Assembly (NCBI GenBank): GCA_038279365.1
Contig: JAYODI010000001.1
Location: forward strand, 32,001-96,000
Direction: 5' to 3'
Source of the DNA: Candidatus Latescibacterota bacterium
GTDB taxonomy: Bacteria; Latescibacterota; UBA2968
Length of the DNA stretch: 64,000 nt
The number at the start of each line of letters is the position of its first letter. The first letter of the stretch is position 1. Made by a program: the position numbers and the translations under genes. This document shows, piece after piece, positions 1 through 11,600 of this stretch. Below the pieces are notes generated by a model. That model made no database searches. It was not told where the DNA came from and worked only from the letters and a program-made list of their open reading frames with translations.

Positions 1-66
1 GGAATTACGAACGTTGTAGGGCTTCGCCTGTGCAAAATTAAAAATGTGATAAGCAGTCTCATTCAT
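1..66 (-). CDS. possible partial CDS running off the left edge (MNETAYHIFNFAQAKPYNVRNS...)
   Basis: ATG at 66, 13 nt after the lepB stop; frame open to the window edge; no recognisable motif. Confidence 0.35.
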   Translation of the reverse strand, partial: MNETAYHIFNFAQAKPYNVRNS

Positions 67-79
67 TTTTAATTTTAGA

Positions 80-844
80 TTACTCTATAATCATGCCAAG
101 TCTTGTCCAGCGTGTGCGGGCAGGAAAGTGCATGATGTTATAGAAAAGCAGGTTGGGAATGGATGCAAGACTGCTGTATATGGGGGCATTATCATCTGGT
201 GCCCACGACCAATACAGCATAAATGCTTGACCGTGTATCAATTCGCGATTGAGAAAGCCCCAATATCGACTGTCTTCGCTGTTGTCTCGGTTATCACCCA
301 TTACAAAATAGTGACCCTTAGGCACAATGGCAGGGCCATAATTGTCGCGAATACTGTTTGGGTCATTGCTTTTTATAATGCGTGGATCAATATACTTTGA
401 TTTGGCAGGGTCTATGGTTCGTTTGCCATCGACAAAGAGTATTTTGTTTCGCACTTCAACCGTTTGCCCAGGGCCTGCAATAAGGCGTTTGATAAAGTCT
501 CTGCTGGGATCTTCTGGATATTGGAAGATGATAATATCATTGGGTTGGGGATCGCGCAGGGCAGGTAGCCGTGTGTTTGTAAATGGTACTGGGGCACCAT
601 AAATAAACTTGTTGGCCAATAAAAAATCGCCAATGAGCAATGTGTCTTCCATAGAGCCAGAGGGGATGCGGAAGGCTTGCACGACAAAGGTGCGAATAAA
701 GAGAGCTAAAACAACGGCAAAGACGATGGCTTTGATGTATTCTGCAGTCACCGATAATTCTTTGGATGGTGTTTGAGTTGTAGGTTTTTTGGCTGGGCGA
801 CGTGTGGTGCGTTTGGTTTTTTTTGTTGGTAAGGTTTTGGCCAT
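80..844 (-). CDS. lepB: signal peptidase I
   Basis: TM segment, PSGSM catalytic Ser box, FIKR catalytic Lys, GDNRDNSEDSRYWG motif; downstream of lepA. Confidence 0.97.
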   Translation of the reverse strand: MAKTLPTKKTKRTTRRPAKKPTTQTPSKELSVTAEYIKAIVFAVVLALFIRTFVVQAFRIPSGSMEDTLLIGDFLLANKFIYGAPVPFTNTRLPALRDPQPNDIIIFQYPEDPSRDFIKRLIAGPGQTVEVRNKILFVDGKRTIDPAKSKYIDPRIIKSNDPNSIRDNYGPAIVPKGHYFVMGDNRDNSEDSRYWGFLNRELIHGQAFMLYWSWAPDDNAPIYSSLASIPNLLFYNIMHFPARTRWTRLGMIIE

Positions 845-852
845 GATGGGCT

Positions 853-915
853 TTCAGTGGTCAGCTTTTTTAGCGGTCAGCTTGATATTACCACGTCAGA
901 AGCTGCCTGCTGATA
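853..915. repeat. heptamer-periodic imperfect inverted repeat in the lepA-lepB spacer
   Basis: TCAGTGG TCAGCTT..TTAGCGG TCAGCTT followed by the complementary AAGCTGCCTGCTGA. Confidence 0.5.
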
Positions 916-929
916 CAAATGGGCTTCTA

Positions 930-2729
930 TTACGTTTCCATGCTTAAAACAGCGAGGAAGGCTTCCTGTGGAATTTCGACACTGCCAACTTGTTTCATGC
1001 GCTTTTTGCCTTCTTTTTGACGTTCGAGCAATTTGCGTTTGCGGCTGATGTCGCCGCCATAACATTTGGCGGTCACATTTTTGCGGAACGGGCGCACGGT
1101 TTCGCGAGCAATAATTTTGGCACCAATGGCAGCTTGAATGATCACTTCAAACATTTGGCGAGGGATGAGTTCTTGTAGTTTTTGACACAGTGCCCGCCCC
1201 CACTCATAAGATTTATCGCGGTGTACAATGGCCGATAAGGCGTCTACGGGATCACCGTTTATAAGAATGTCGAGTTTTACCAAATCGCCAGCCTGATGGC
1301 TTTTGTACTCATAGTCAAATGAGGCATATCCACGGCTGACAGATTTGAGCCTATCGTAAAAGTCGAGCACAATTTCGGACAATGGCAAATCGTAGCGCAA
1401 CAGGGCGCGCGTGGGGTCGATGTACTCGGTGGTGCGATAACGGCCTCGGCGCTCTTGTGCAATGCGCATGACGTTGCCCACATAGTCTGATGGCACAAGA
1501 ATTTGTGCATCGAGCATGGGTTCGGCAATTTGTTGAATGTTGGCTGGAGATGGCATTTCGGCTGGGTTTTGAACCGTGATGAGTTCACCATTTGTGAGGG
1601 TGACTTCATATTCGGCATTGGGCACGGTGGTAATAATTTCCATGTCAAATTCACGTGCCAAGCGTTCTTGCACAATTTCCATGTGAAGCAACCCTAAGAA
1701 CCCACACCGAAACCCAAAACCCAATGCCGTTGATGACTCGGGTTCGTAGCGCAACGATGCATCGTTTAAGCGCAATTTTTCGAGGGCGGTTCTTAGGTCT
1801 TCAAAATCGTCGGCACTGATGGGATAGATACCTGCAAAAACCATGGGTTTTGCTTCTTTGTAACCTGACAAAGCTTCGGCGGCTGGGTTGTTGGTGTCTG
1901 TGACGGTATCTCCCACGCGGGCATCTTCGAGGTCTTTGATGCCTGCAATGAGATAACCCACCTGACCTGCGTGTATGGCATTTTGTTTGATGCGCCCGAG
2001 TTTGAGCGTGCCAATCTCTTCGGCTTCATATTTGAGTTTGGACGACATGAGTGTGATGGGCATGTTGGTTTTGAGCGTGCCTTCAAATACACGCACATAT
2101 GCAACGGCCCCTCGGTATTGATCAAATATGGAGTCAAAGATGAGTGCTTTGAGCGGGGCATCTGCTTCGCCTTTGGGCGGAGGAATTTGATCGATCACAG
2201 CTTTGAGCAAGCCGTCTATGCCAATGCCCATTTTGGCACTGATTTTCACAATTTCTTCTTCTTCTACACCCAATAATTCGTGCAGTTGCATCACCACGCG
2301 ATCTACCTCGGCTCCTGGCAGATCAATTTTGTTGATCACTGGGATAATGGCCAAATCGTGATCCATTGCCAGCAATACGTTGCTCACTGTTTGCGCTTCA
2401 ACACCTTGTCCGGCATCAACAAGTAAGAGGGCGCCTTCACAGGCTGTAAGGCTGCGAGAAACTTCATATGAAAAATCGACGTGGCCGGGGGTGTCAATGA
2501 GGTTGAGTTCATAAGTAACACCATCGGGCGCTTTATAATCCATGCGGATGGCATGTGACTTAATGGTGATGCCACGTTCTCGTTCCAGGTCCATGCTGTC
2601 GAGTACCTGGTTTTGCATTTGCCGTTTGGTGAGCGTTTGGGTTTGCTCAAGCAAGCGGTCTGCCAAGGTCGATTTTCCGTGGTCGATGTGCGCGATAATG
2701 GAGAAGTTGCGAATGTGTTGAAGGTTCAT
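930..2729 (-). CDS. lepA: translation elongation factor 4
   Basis: [35 protein letters not shown] and C-terminal [14 protein letters not shown]; 599 aa. Confidence 0.99.
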   Translation of the reverse strand: MNLQHIRNFSIIAHIDHGKSTLADRLLEQTQTLTKRQMQNQVLDSMDLERERGITIKSHAIRMDYKAPDGVTYELNLIDTPGHVDFSYEVSRSLTACEGALLLVDAGQGVEAQTVSNVLLAMDHDLAIIPVINKIDLPGAEVDRVVMQLHELLGVEEEEIVKISAKMGIGIDGLLKAVIDQIPPPKGEADAPLKALIFDSIFDQYRGAVAYVRVFEGTLKTNMPITLMSSKLKYEAEEIGTLKLGRIKQNAIHAGQVGYLIAGIKDLEDARVGDTVTDTNNPAAEALSGYKEAKPMVFAGIYPISADDFEDLRTALEKLRLNDASLRYEPESSTALGFGFRCGFLGLLHMEIVQERLAREFDMEIITTVPNAEYEVTLTNGELITVQNPAEMPSPANIQQIAEPMLDAQILVPSDYVGNVMRIAQERRGRYRTTEYIDPTRALLRYDLPLSEIVLDFYDRLKSVSRGYASFDYEYKSHQAGDLVKLDILINGDPVDALSAIVHRDKSYEWGRALCQKLQELIPRQMFEVIIQAAIGAKIIARETVRPFRKNVTAKCYGGDISRKRKLLERQKEGKKRMKQVGSVEIPQEAFLAVLSMET

Positions 2730-2788
2730 GGAGTTTGAGCTTTGCCAATAGAATGCAAGTGTAAGAAAGTCAATAATGTAGAGCGTAA

Positions 2789-2817
2789 AATATACCGTGT
2801 TGGTGGGGGGAAGTCAA
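2789..2817 (-). promoter_or_regulatory. sigma70-type promoter of lepA-lepB
   Basis: TTGACT-17 nt-TATATT on the minus strand about 60 nt upstream of the lepA ATG. Confidence 0.65.
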
Positions 2818-2880
2818 TAAAGACGTGAAATCGGAGATTGGGACACGTGTATTGGTGGGGGTGGTTGGCTTTAAGAACTC

Positions 2881-2916
2881 AAAAGCCTCGCATAATGAAT
2901 CATTTGCGAGGCTTTT
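2881..2916. terminator. intrinsic terminator downstream of the carbonic anhydrase gene
   Basis: AAAAGCCTCGCA / TGCGAGGCTTTT stem with A and T runs. Confidence 0.75.
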
Positions 2917-2941
2917 CTTTGGGCAATGGTTGAGGCGTTGT

Positions 2942-3718
2942 TTAGTGCAAAATAGGGCGTGCATTGAGTGGTTGGATGGGGCGGTTGTTTTTGTGCATGA
3001 CTTTTGAAAAGGCATCCATTTGGCTTTGTGAGGCTGTGATGGGGTTTTTCATCACGACCCAACGCACACCTTCTGAGCAGGGAGGGGTCGTGAGGGAGCC
3101 GTTGTAGCGATAATAGCTTTTGCTTTCGGGCAACAGTGCAGTGGCATTTATTGATGTAAGTGTCTGTTTTTCATTTGCATACTGGGGCATTTTTTGAATA
3201 ATTTGATCCAGTGTTGTGTTTTGGGCACCGATTTCAAACATAATACCAACAACTGCCAAATTGCCTTGGGCGTTTGCATGAACGAGATGCACTTCTAATG
3301 GAAAGTATTTGCCATTAATTTGATGCTCGCTCGATGCGTGGAAGTGAAATTGTTTGAGTTCAAAGTTATTGCCTTCAAGTGTGATGTTGCTGCCTGCTGA
3401 ATAATTGGCTTGAATGGTGTGGCCATTGTTCCATATTTCGGTTGTTCTTGTGGCATAATCAAAGCCAATGGGTTGTAGATCGGCATTGATGGAACGGGTG
3501 ATATTGATGGGGGATTGGTTTTGGCCTTTGGAACACCGCTCGAACTGAGGAGAGAGCATACCCCAAACATTGGGTTCGCCTTCTCCAGTATACCCCCAAT
3601 GAGATTTTTCGTGTGCTGTATGTGGCTTTTCAGCGGCCACATGGCTGTTTTCTTCTGCACAAACCACTCCGGTTAATAAGAAGCAAGTGCAACATAAAAG
3701 GCTTAAAATACGCATCAT
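2942..3718 (-). CDS. cah: secreted alpha-class carbonic anhydrase
   Basis: signal peptide; HWGY, QSPINI, QFHFH..SEH, EVHLVH zinc ligands, GSLTTPPCSEGV, NNRPIQP. Confidence 0.95.
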   Translation of the reverse strand: MMRILSLLCCTCFLLTGVVCAEENSHVAAEKPHTAHEKSHWGYTGEGEPNVWGMLSPQFERCSKGQNQSPINITRSINADLQPIGFDYATRTTEIWNNGHTIQANYSAGSNITLEGNNFELKQFHFHASSEHQINGKYFPLEVHLVHANAQGNLAVVGIMFEIGAQNTTLDQIIQKMPQYANEKQTLTSINATALLPESKSYYRYNGSLTTPPCSEGVRWVVMKNPITASQSQMDAFSKVMHKNNRPIQPLNARPILH

Positions 3719-3920
3719 GGAATCTCCCTATCGTTATAAATAATGGGTTTGCATTGTTTATAAAAACGCATAAAGAAAATATATAAGTATGCCTTTGGTG
3801 ACAAGTCTTATAACCATAGCGCCCTGGATTGAACAGATATGAAAAGAGAGCCGAAGATGTGATGTTTTTACTTATTTCGCTCGGGGGTTCACGTGTGGTT
3901 TCAGGGTCGTGTATCTCAAG

Positions 3921-3950
3921 TTGACAAGTATAAAAATAGAACGGTATATT
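3921..3950 (+). promoter_or_regulatory. sigma70-type promoter
   Basis: TTGACA-18 nt-TATATT about 45 nt upstream of the ATG at 3995. Confidence 0.55.
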
Positions 3951-3994
3951 GCTGGCGAGTTGACTTAATTTTTTGACACTTAACAAAGAGGTGA

Positions 3995-5104
3995 ATGGTG
4001 AAAATTGAAGCGGCAGAAATTCGATATGTGGAATTGCCATTGATCAGTCCGTGGCGCACGGCCTATGGTGAAGATGCGACCATTCATTCGGTGATGGTGC
4101 GTTTAGAAAGTGGTGGTGAATCGGCATGGGGAGAGGCAACACCTTTTTATGCACCCACTTATTCTCCAGAATCGGCACGGTCTGTGTATGAAACAGCGCG
4201 TGAATTCTTTTTGCCTCGTTTGGTCGGAGAGACTTTGGATACTGCGGCAGAGGTGATGGCTCGGTTGGCCGTATTTAAGGGGAATCCATTTGCAAAAGCA
4301 GCTGTAGAAACGGCGTGGTGGGCATTGGATAGCAAGTTAAAAGGTGTGCCACTGTGGCGTGCATTGGGGGCAACAGAACCTGTTGTGCGTTGTGGTGCTG
4401 ATTTTGGTGTGCAAGATACCATTGATGAATTGTTGTCACTTATTCAAACAGCCGTAGATGCCGATTATCCGCGTATTAAATTGAAGGTGAAACATGGGTG
4501 GGATGTGAATATGTTGGAAGCCGTGCGTGGTGCGTTTCCCGATCCGGTGATTCATGTGGATTGTAATTCAGGATATGATTTGAAAGCCGACATAGACACG
4601 CTCAAAGCATTTGACCGGTTTCATTTGGCAATGATAGAGCAGCCATTGGATCATGTGGATTTGATTGATCATGCCGAATTGCAAAAACAAATTGAAACGC
4701 CTGTGTGTTTGGATGAATCTATAAAACGCCCACGTGATTTTGAACTGGCATTGCGTGTAGGTGCGTGTCGGGTGGTAAATGTAAAACCGGGGCGTGTGGG
4801 TGGGTTATATCATGCCATTCAGATTCATAACATGGCCGTTGATGCGGGCATAGATGCGTGGGTAGGGGGTATGTTGGAAAGTGGTGTGGGAGCTGGTATT
4901 TGCGCGGCTTTGGGGACCTTGCCTGGGTTTAATTATGCGGCCGACGTTTTTCCATCGGCTAAGTTTTATACCGAAGACATTGCAAATCGGTGGATTGAGC
5001 AAGATGAAAATTGCAACGTGGTTTTGGATGAGACCCCAGGCGTAGGATTTGAGCCTGTGTTAGAACGGTTGGAAAAGGTGACGGTAATGAAGGCGATGAT
5101 TTAA
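3995..5104 (+). CDS. menC: o-succinylbenzoate synthase / N-acylamino acid racemase (enolase superfamily)
   Basis: KLK, DCN, EQP, DES, KPGRVGG motifs and WVGGMLESGVG; no other men genes nearby, so pathway role is uncertain. Confidence 0.8.
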   Translation: MVKIEAAEIRYVELPLISPWRTAYGEDATIHSVMVRLESGGESAWGEATPFYAPTYSPESARSVYETAREFFLPRLVGETLDTAAEVMARLAVFKGNPFAKAAVETAWWALDSKLKGVPLWRALGATEPVVRCGADFGVQDTIDELLSLIQTAVDADYPRIKLKVKHGWDVNMLEAVRGAFPDPVIHVDCNSGYDLKADIDTLKAFDRFHLAMIEQPLDHVDLIDHAELQKQIETPVCLDESIKRPRDFELALRVGACRVVNVKPGRVGGLYHAIQIHNMAVDAGIDAWVGGMLESGVGAGICAALGTLPGFNYAADVFPSAKFYTEDIANRWIEQDENCNVVLDETPGVGFEPVLERLEKVTVMKAMI

Positions 5105-5114
5105 TTTTTCAAAT

Positions 5115-5996
5115 TTAGAGGTCAGGAAAACGTTCGACGTCAACGGAAACATCGAGTTTGTGTTTGCCACTGCCAACAATGACCCCTTTTAGGGGGGTGG
5201 CATCGGCAAAGTCGCGCCCCCACGCAACCGTTATGTGTTGGTCAATGGGCATGACGTTGTTGGTGGGGTCAAAATCTACCCAACCATTTTCAGGAATGTA
5301 AACAGAAAACCAGGCATGGGACGCATCGGCGCCGATGACGCGTTCTTTTCCGGGGGGGGGGATGGTTTCGAGATACCCACTGATATAACGAGCGGACAAA
5401 CCCAATGAACGCAAACAGCCAATGGCCAAATGGGCAAAATCTTGGCACACCCCTTGTTTGTGGGTTAATACTTCAGATAAGGGGGTGGAGATGGTGGTAA
5501 AGCCTGGTACATAATCAAATTCGGAATAAATGCGTGCGGTTAAATCACGCACGGCTTCAATAAGTGGTTTGTCTTTGGTAAAACACGGTTTGGCATATTG
5601 GGCCAAACTGGTATCGCCTTTTATTTTGGGAGAATCAAGGGCAAATTGGCGTACTTCAAGCAAATGTGGATCGGTGGTGGTGCGCAAATATTGACTGACC
5701 TTTTCCCAAGATATGGTTGAGATGTTGTCGTGGTTGGTATATGTGACAATGCGCACTTTGCTGGTGGCTTTAACACTGAGTTGGGTGTGTGGTGTTTCGA
5801 GTACAAAATAGGTTGTACGATTGCCAAAAAAATCTTCGTGTTCGCGATACGCAACGGGTTTGGGTGTCACTTCCAAAAGGCTTTCGAGACACGTTTGATT
5901 AAAAAAACTACGTGGGGTAAGGCGTGCTTCGTTGTGACATAAACTGACGGGTTCGCTGTATTGATAGCGCGTGTGATGGGTGATTGTGTAGTTCAT
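5115..5996 (-). CDS. transglutaminase-family protein (bacterial transglutaminase N-domain plus core)
   Basis: ITHHTRYQY N-terminus; Cys-His-Asp triad in GVCQDFAH, ASHAW, FDPTN. Confidence 0.93.
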   Translation of the reverse strand: MNYTITHHTRYQYSEPVSLCHNEARLTPRSFFNQTCLESLLEVTPKPVAYREHEDFFGNRTTYFVLETPHTQLSVKATSKVRIVTYTNHDNISTISWEKVSQYLRTTTDPHLLEVRQFALDSPKIKGDTSLAQYAKPCFTKDKPLIEAVRDLTARIYSEFDYVPGFTTISTPLSEVLTHKQGVCQDFAHLAIGCLRSLGLSARYISGYLETIPPPGKERVIGADASHAWFSVYIPENGWVDFDPTNNVMPIDQHITVAWGRDFADATPLKGVIVGSGKHKLDVSVDVERFPDL

Positions 5997-8578
5997 GATT
6001 CAATTTCTTGATAAGTTGGGGCCAGTTGTTGTACGCCGCGTGCATGGCTAAAATAGGTTTGGGTGAGTATGCGAGATGTTTGTTGTAGGCGTGTTTCTAA
6101 ATAGGCCAACAATTGATCTAATGCTTCATATTTTAACGTTTTAGCATCGAGTTGAATGAGAATTTCTGGCTCAGACAATCGCAACCGGGTGGAGGCATCC
6201 AACATGAGTCGTTCGGGTTCGCTCAAGCGCTGATGATTGCCGAGTTTGGGCAACTGGGCAATGTGCTCGTTGAGACGATTCATTTGATAAACGAGTGCAC
6301 GAGGGTTGGTTTCATCGTGAAGCAACAGTTCAATAAGCGTTTGTAAATTAAGGTAAGCGCGGTATCTCCGTCTGTGGGTGATGAGGCTTTCCATAACAGA
6401 TAAAACGGTTTCTTGCAACAATTGCCCTTCAAACCCGTCGTAGGGGGTAATAAGTGTGGCACGCAACAAGGCAATTTGTAAAAGACTGCGTTCAATGCGC
6501 CGGCCGGTGTCTAAAAGGCGCCAACCCAATTCACGGGTCATGCTTTCTTGTGTTAAACCCGTAAAAGCAACCAAGCCTGTTAAAACGGCATTGAGTGCGT
6601 TTTGCACTTCTCGTAAGTCAATATTTGATCGCGTTTGGATGGAAGACCATTGGTTTTCAATGTTGTCAATCACGCGCCACGTGTCTGTAGACCACCGATC
6701 TCGAATGGCAAAGGCCGCTTGCATGAGTGATTGATGTGTAAACGATAAACTACCAAGACGTTCTTCGTTTTTTATGACGTCTAAGATTTCTTTATCGGGA
6801 TATCTCAAACGATTGGCCGCACCTTTGCCCAAAAAGCCTGGGCGGGTATCGGTAACGGTTGTAAATGCTTGCAAGAGTGCATTGCGACATTGCCGCGTTG
6901 CATTGTTGTCGTCATCTCGCTTGTCGCTGAGTTTGTTTAACACGGCTCGCAACAAGCGAATGGTGCCTTCGGCACGTTCTGTATAGCGCCCCACCCAAAA
7001 CAAGTTTTCGGCGGCACGGCTTGGTAGTGTTCCTTGACCAAAGGGGGTTGCCCGAAATTCTGTTTGCTTCCACAAACTCACGTGAGACTCAGGAACTTCG
7101 GACATGACCCAAGTATCTTTACTGCGTACAACTGTTTGTGTTGAGACCACAAAATTACCGCGTTCTGGGGCTGTTCGTGTTAAACCACCAGGCATAATGG
7201 CGTAGCTGTTTTGGTGAGAGACTGCAAAAGTTGTTAAAACAGTATAACGCGGTTCTAACTTGCCCTTGATTAAGGATGGGGCCGTTGCAAAACTGACGCG
7301 TTCTTGGCCTACATAAGCACCAGGGTCAGACAAGATTCGGTTGCGCCAAATTTCTCGCTCTTTTTGCGTAAGCAATGCACCAAAGACACGGTTTTCGCCC
7401 TGTTTTTGATAAATGGGGCTGATGACCAATTTGTCAAGGTTGTCCAGTACATATTTGCGTTCTTGTGTTTGGCCACACCACCAAGTGGCTGCCGATGGCA
7501 AAAGAAGGTCTTCCATGAGCAATGCTCTGGCGATGTTGGGCAAAAATGCCATGAGGCCAGGATTTTCGAGCACACTGCTGCCCAATGGATTGGCCACGGC
7601 CACATTGCCCAATCTTACGGCTTCAAGCAAACCAGCAACCCCCAATTGGGATTCTTCATTTAGTTCGAGGGGGTCGCAAAAGTCATCATTTACCCGTCGC
7701 AAAATGATATCAACTGGCTGTAGGCCATCAATAGACTTGAGCCAAACCTGACCGTTTCGAACGGTGAGATCATCCCCTTGGACAAGGGTATATCCCAAAT
7801 ATGAAGCCAGATAGGCATGTTCAAAATAGGTGGCGTTATATGGCCCAGGCGTGAGCATAACCACGCGTGGGTCACTTTGTTGACGGGGTGCAATTTCGGA
7901 GAGGCCTGCCTGGAGTGTGCGAAAAAAGTCGGCCATGCGACGCACGTTGCAGTCGTGAAACAATACGGGCATCACACGAGCCATGGCCGTACGGTTTTCC
8001 AGTGCATATCCCATGCCCGATGGGGCCTGTGTGCGATCGCGTAACACCCACATTTGACCATTGGGGCCACGGGCCAAATCGGCAGAAAAAATGCGCAATT
8101 GGTGTTTGACGGGCAGTTTGGTGTTTCGGCAGGGGCGTAAAAAACCGGTGTGATTATAGATAAGTTCTAAAGGTAATAAGCCCTGCTTAATGAGGTTTTG
8201 TGGTCCATATAAATCATCGAGGATGAGGTTAAATAGCTCGGCGCGTTGTTGTAAGCCCGTTTCAATATGGGCCCAGTCACTTTCGTGCAGCAGCAAGGGA
8301 ATGGGATCAAGTTCCCAAGGGCGATGCAAACCATCGGGGTCGCCATGTACGTTGTAGGTGACGCCATTTTCGCGCAACAACAAACGGGCGTCTTGACGGC
8401 GGCGTTCGAGTTCTTCGCTGCCCATTTCTTGAATGGCCGTGGTAAAGGGTTGCCAGTGTGTGCGCACCCCAGTTTGTTCGTGCCACATTTCATCATAAGT
8501 GCCTGATTCAAGCGCATATCCATTGACCAACAGGGGGTGTGTTGGTGATGTGTTGGAAGCTGTTTGTGAGATGGACAA
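5993..8578 (-). CDS. circularly permuted type 2 ATP-grasp / alpha-E fusion protein
   Basis: DRTQAPSGMGYALENR, YFEHAYLA, MPGGLTR, SKDTWV; C-terminal alpha-E motifs LFWVGRYTERAE and GRRIER. Confidence 0.92.
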   Translation of the reverse strand: MSISQTASNTSPTHPLLVNGYALESGTYDEMWHEQTGVRTHWQPFTTAIQEMGSEELERRRQDARLLLRENGVTYNVHGDPDGLHRPWELDPIPLLLHESDWAHIETGLQQRAELFNLILDDLYGPQNLIKQGLLPLELIYNHTGFLRPCRNTKLPVKHQLRIFSADLARGPNGQMWVLRDRTQAPSGMGYALENRTAMARVMPVLFHDCNVRRMADFFRTLQAGLSEIAPRQQSDPRVVMLTPGPYNATYFEHAYLASYLGYTLVQGDDLTVRNGQVWLKSIDGLQPVDIILRRVNDDFCDPLELNEESQLGVAGLLEAVRLGNVAVANPLGSSVLENPGLMAFLPNIARALLMEDLLLPSAATWWCGQTQERKYVLDNLDKLVISPIYQKQGENRVFGALLTQKEREIWRNRILSDPGAYVGQERVSFATAPSLIKGKLEPRYTVLTTFAVSHQNSYAIMPGGLTRTAPERGNFVVSTQTVVRSKDTWVMSEVPESHVSLWKQTEFRATPFGQGTLPSRAAENLFWVGRYTERAEGTIRLLRAVLNKLSDKRDDDNNATRQCRNALLQAFTTVTDTRPGFLGKGAANRLRYPDKEILDVIKNEERLGSLSFTHQSLMQAAFAIRDRWSTDTWRVIDNIENQWSSIQTRSNIDLREVQNALNAVLTGLVAFTGLTQESMTRELGWRLLDTGRRIERSLLQIALLRATLITPYDGFEGQLLQETVLSVMESLITHRRRYRAYLNLQTLIELLLHDETNPRALVYQMNRLNEHIAQLPKLGNHQRLSEPERLMLDASTRLRLSEPEILIQLDAKTLKYEALDQLLAYLETRLQQTSRILTQTYFSHARGVQQLAPTYQEIES

Positions 8579-8644
8579 TGGGTATCCTTTTTATTTTATC
8601 GATATGATAAATGAGGTGTCACCAAACAAAATCTGAAACTTGGT

Positions 8645-11600
8645 CTATTCATGCAATGGTTTTTTACGCAAATCAAGTGTGTGTGGATATTCAGGATCTG
8701 GATCTTCTTCTGGTGCTTGCATGGGGCCTACCGGATGTCCCTCTGGAACAAAGTGACCACCTGTTGATGCCAGTGGAGGGGGTTGCAATGTGCCGGGGGT
8801 GTGCCCTTCATCTTGAAAGCGCGTGACCCGACGGGCTTCTGCTTCGTAGGCATTGATGGGCAGTGTTTCATAATTGCGCCCACCAGGGTGCATCACATGG
8901 TAGGTACACCCGCCAACAGATTTTTGATTCCAAGTATCTATGAGGTCAAAAACGAGGGGTGTGTGAATACCAATTGTGGGGTGCAATCCCGATGGCGGTT
9001 GCCAGGCGCGATAACGCACCCCTGCCACATATTCACCGTGGGTGCCGGTAGATTGTAAGGGCAAACGACGCCCATTGCAGGTGACCGCATATCGGCTTTC
9101 GGTGAGGCCTTTGAGTTTGATTTGCAAGCGCTCTACAGACGAGTCGACAAAACGCGCAGTGCCAGAGCGGGTGACCTCTTCACCGAGTACGTGCCAGGGC
9201 TCAATGGCTTGATGCAATTCAATTTGGATGTCGTGCAAGTTGAGTTTGCCATAAAGCGGAAAACGAAATTCAAAAAAGGGATCGAGCCATTCCAATTGAA
9301 AGGGATAACCCGATTCTTTGAGGGTGTTGACCACATCTTTTAAGTCGGCCCTGACAAAATGAGGCAACATAAATCGGTCGTAGAGTGTGGTGCCCCATCT
9401 GACGAGTTCACCCGTGTAGGGTTTATTCCAAAATTTGGCCACCAAAGTACGCACCAAAAGGGCTTGTACCAAGCTCATTTGTGCATGGGGGGGCATTTCA
9501 AAAGCGCGCAGTTCAAGTATGCCCAAACGGCCCGATGACGAGTCGGGCGAATAGAGTTTGTCGATACAAAATTCGGCGCGGTGTGTGTTGCCCGTCATAT
9601 CGACCAACAAATGTCGCAATAGGCGATCGACCAACCAGGGTTGATGGTTTTCGCCTTTGGGCATTTGCTGAAAAGCCACTTCTAATTCATATAGATTTTC
9701 TTCTCGGGCTTCATCTATGCGAGGTGCTTGGCTGGTTGGGCCGATAAACATGCCCGAAAACAAATAGGACAGCCCTGGATGATGTTGCCAAAAGGTGAGA
9801 AAACTGCGCAACAGGTCGGGGCGTCTGAGCATGGGGCTGTCGGCGGGTGTTGTGCCACCGAGTGTAATGTGATTGCCCCCACCCGTGCCCGTATGTCGTC
9901 CATCGAGCATAAATTTTTCAGCAGTAAGGCGCGACTGACGGGCTTCTTCATATAAGGTGGTGGTATTGTGTGCCAACTCTGCCCAGTTTTTGGCAGGGTG
10001 GATGTTGACTTCCAAAATACCTGGATCGGGTGTGACCAAAATGCGTTCGAGTCGGTTGTCTCGTGGCAGATCATAACCTTCGATCACAACTGGTGTGTTA
10101 CAGGCTTTGGCCGCAGATTCAATGGTTGCAATCAGGTCAAGTGCGGGTTCTAAGTGTGAAAGAGGGGGCAAAAAGACATAAAGATGGCCATTGCGAATTT
10201 CAGTACACAATGCTGTACGGATGGTGATGTTTTCTGCTGGTTTTGTTGGTTGCTTTGGGTGCTGAATGCGATCTGTAACGACTTGGGCAAAGTTGGGTAA
10301 CGGAGATACGGGTTCAAAGAGAGAGGGTTCGGGCCATTGTTCGGGTTCTTTTTTGTCTATAGATGACAGAGGTAAACGAAAGCCAATGGCCGAGTCACCG
10401 GGAATGAGAAACATATGCCCGTTTCTAAACGCCCAATGACTGCTTTGCCACGTATTGTTTTTGACATCCCAATGAATGGGCAAGACATACCCGGTGGGTT
10501 TGTCTAAACCTTGAGCGAGTGATTTGGCCAAAAAACGGCGTGAAGCTGGGCTATTAAGATCGGCTTTGGTGGGGTCTACATCTATGGGTAATTTGTTTTC
10601 TTCCCATAAGTTGTAAACAATGTCTTCATAACCTGGGCAGATGTTGGCCGATGGTACTTGCAAGCGGTTGGCAATTTCGACGAGCAACTTTTGGGCGTCT
10701 GTTTGGTTGCCTTTTTTATCGGGCGTGGCCAAGAGTGTTTCATCGTTCCAAATGGGCACACCGTCTTTGCGCCAATAGTTACCAAACTGCCAACGTGGTA
10801 AAGGTTCACCAGGGTATTGTTTTCCTTGGCCAAAAATGAAGACACCGCCTGGGCCAAATTTTTGGCGCAGGCGTTTAAGCAAAACGATGGCGCGTTCTCT
10901 TTTTTGCGGGCCATCGGCACTGGTGTTCCATTCAGCAGCGTCTGGATCGTCTATGGAGACGAAAGTGGGTTCGCCGCCCATTGTCAGGCGAACATCTCCC
11001 TGTTCAAGGTCTTGATCAACGCGTTGTGCCAATGTTTCTATGGCGGTCCATTGTGTTTGGGTATAGGGTTTGGTTACACGTGGATCTTCGTGCACACGGG
11101 TCACTTTGTTTTCATAGGAAAATTCAACTTCGGCTTTTTCGGCATTTCCCGTAATGGGTGCCGCACCTTGAGGCGTAGGTGTGCATGCCAATGGGATATG
11201 TCCTTCACCTGCAAACAAACCCGATGTTGGGTCTAAGCCCACCCATCCGGCACCGGGAATGTAGACTTCGGTCCAAGCATGAAGGTCTGTAAAGTCTTGG
11301 GTGGGGCCTGTTGGGCCATCGAGTGCTTTTTCATCGGGCGTGAGTTGAACCAAATACCCAGAAACAAAACGTGCAGCCAAACCGAGGTTGCGCAAAATTT
11401 GAACGAGCAACCATCCTGTATCTCGGCAAGACCCCAGTGCTTTGCCAAGGGTTTCTTCGCAGGTTTGTACACCCGGTTCAAAACGAATGGTGTATTCGAT
11501 GTCTTGTTGCAGTTTTTGATTGAGACCAACCAAAAAGTCTACGGTTGGTTTTTTTGTGCGCGATACACCTGACATCCACTTGGTTAATAAGGGGCCATTT

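Noticed and set aside
5352-5361. G10 homopolymer as a phase-variation switch in the transglutaminase gene
   Set aside because: In frame and encodes a PPPG stretch typical of this family; no evidence of slippage without reads
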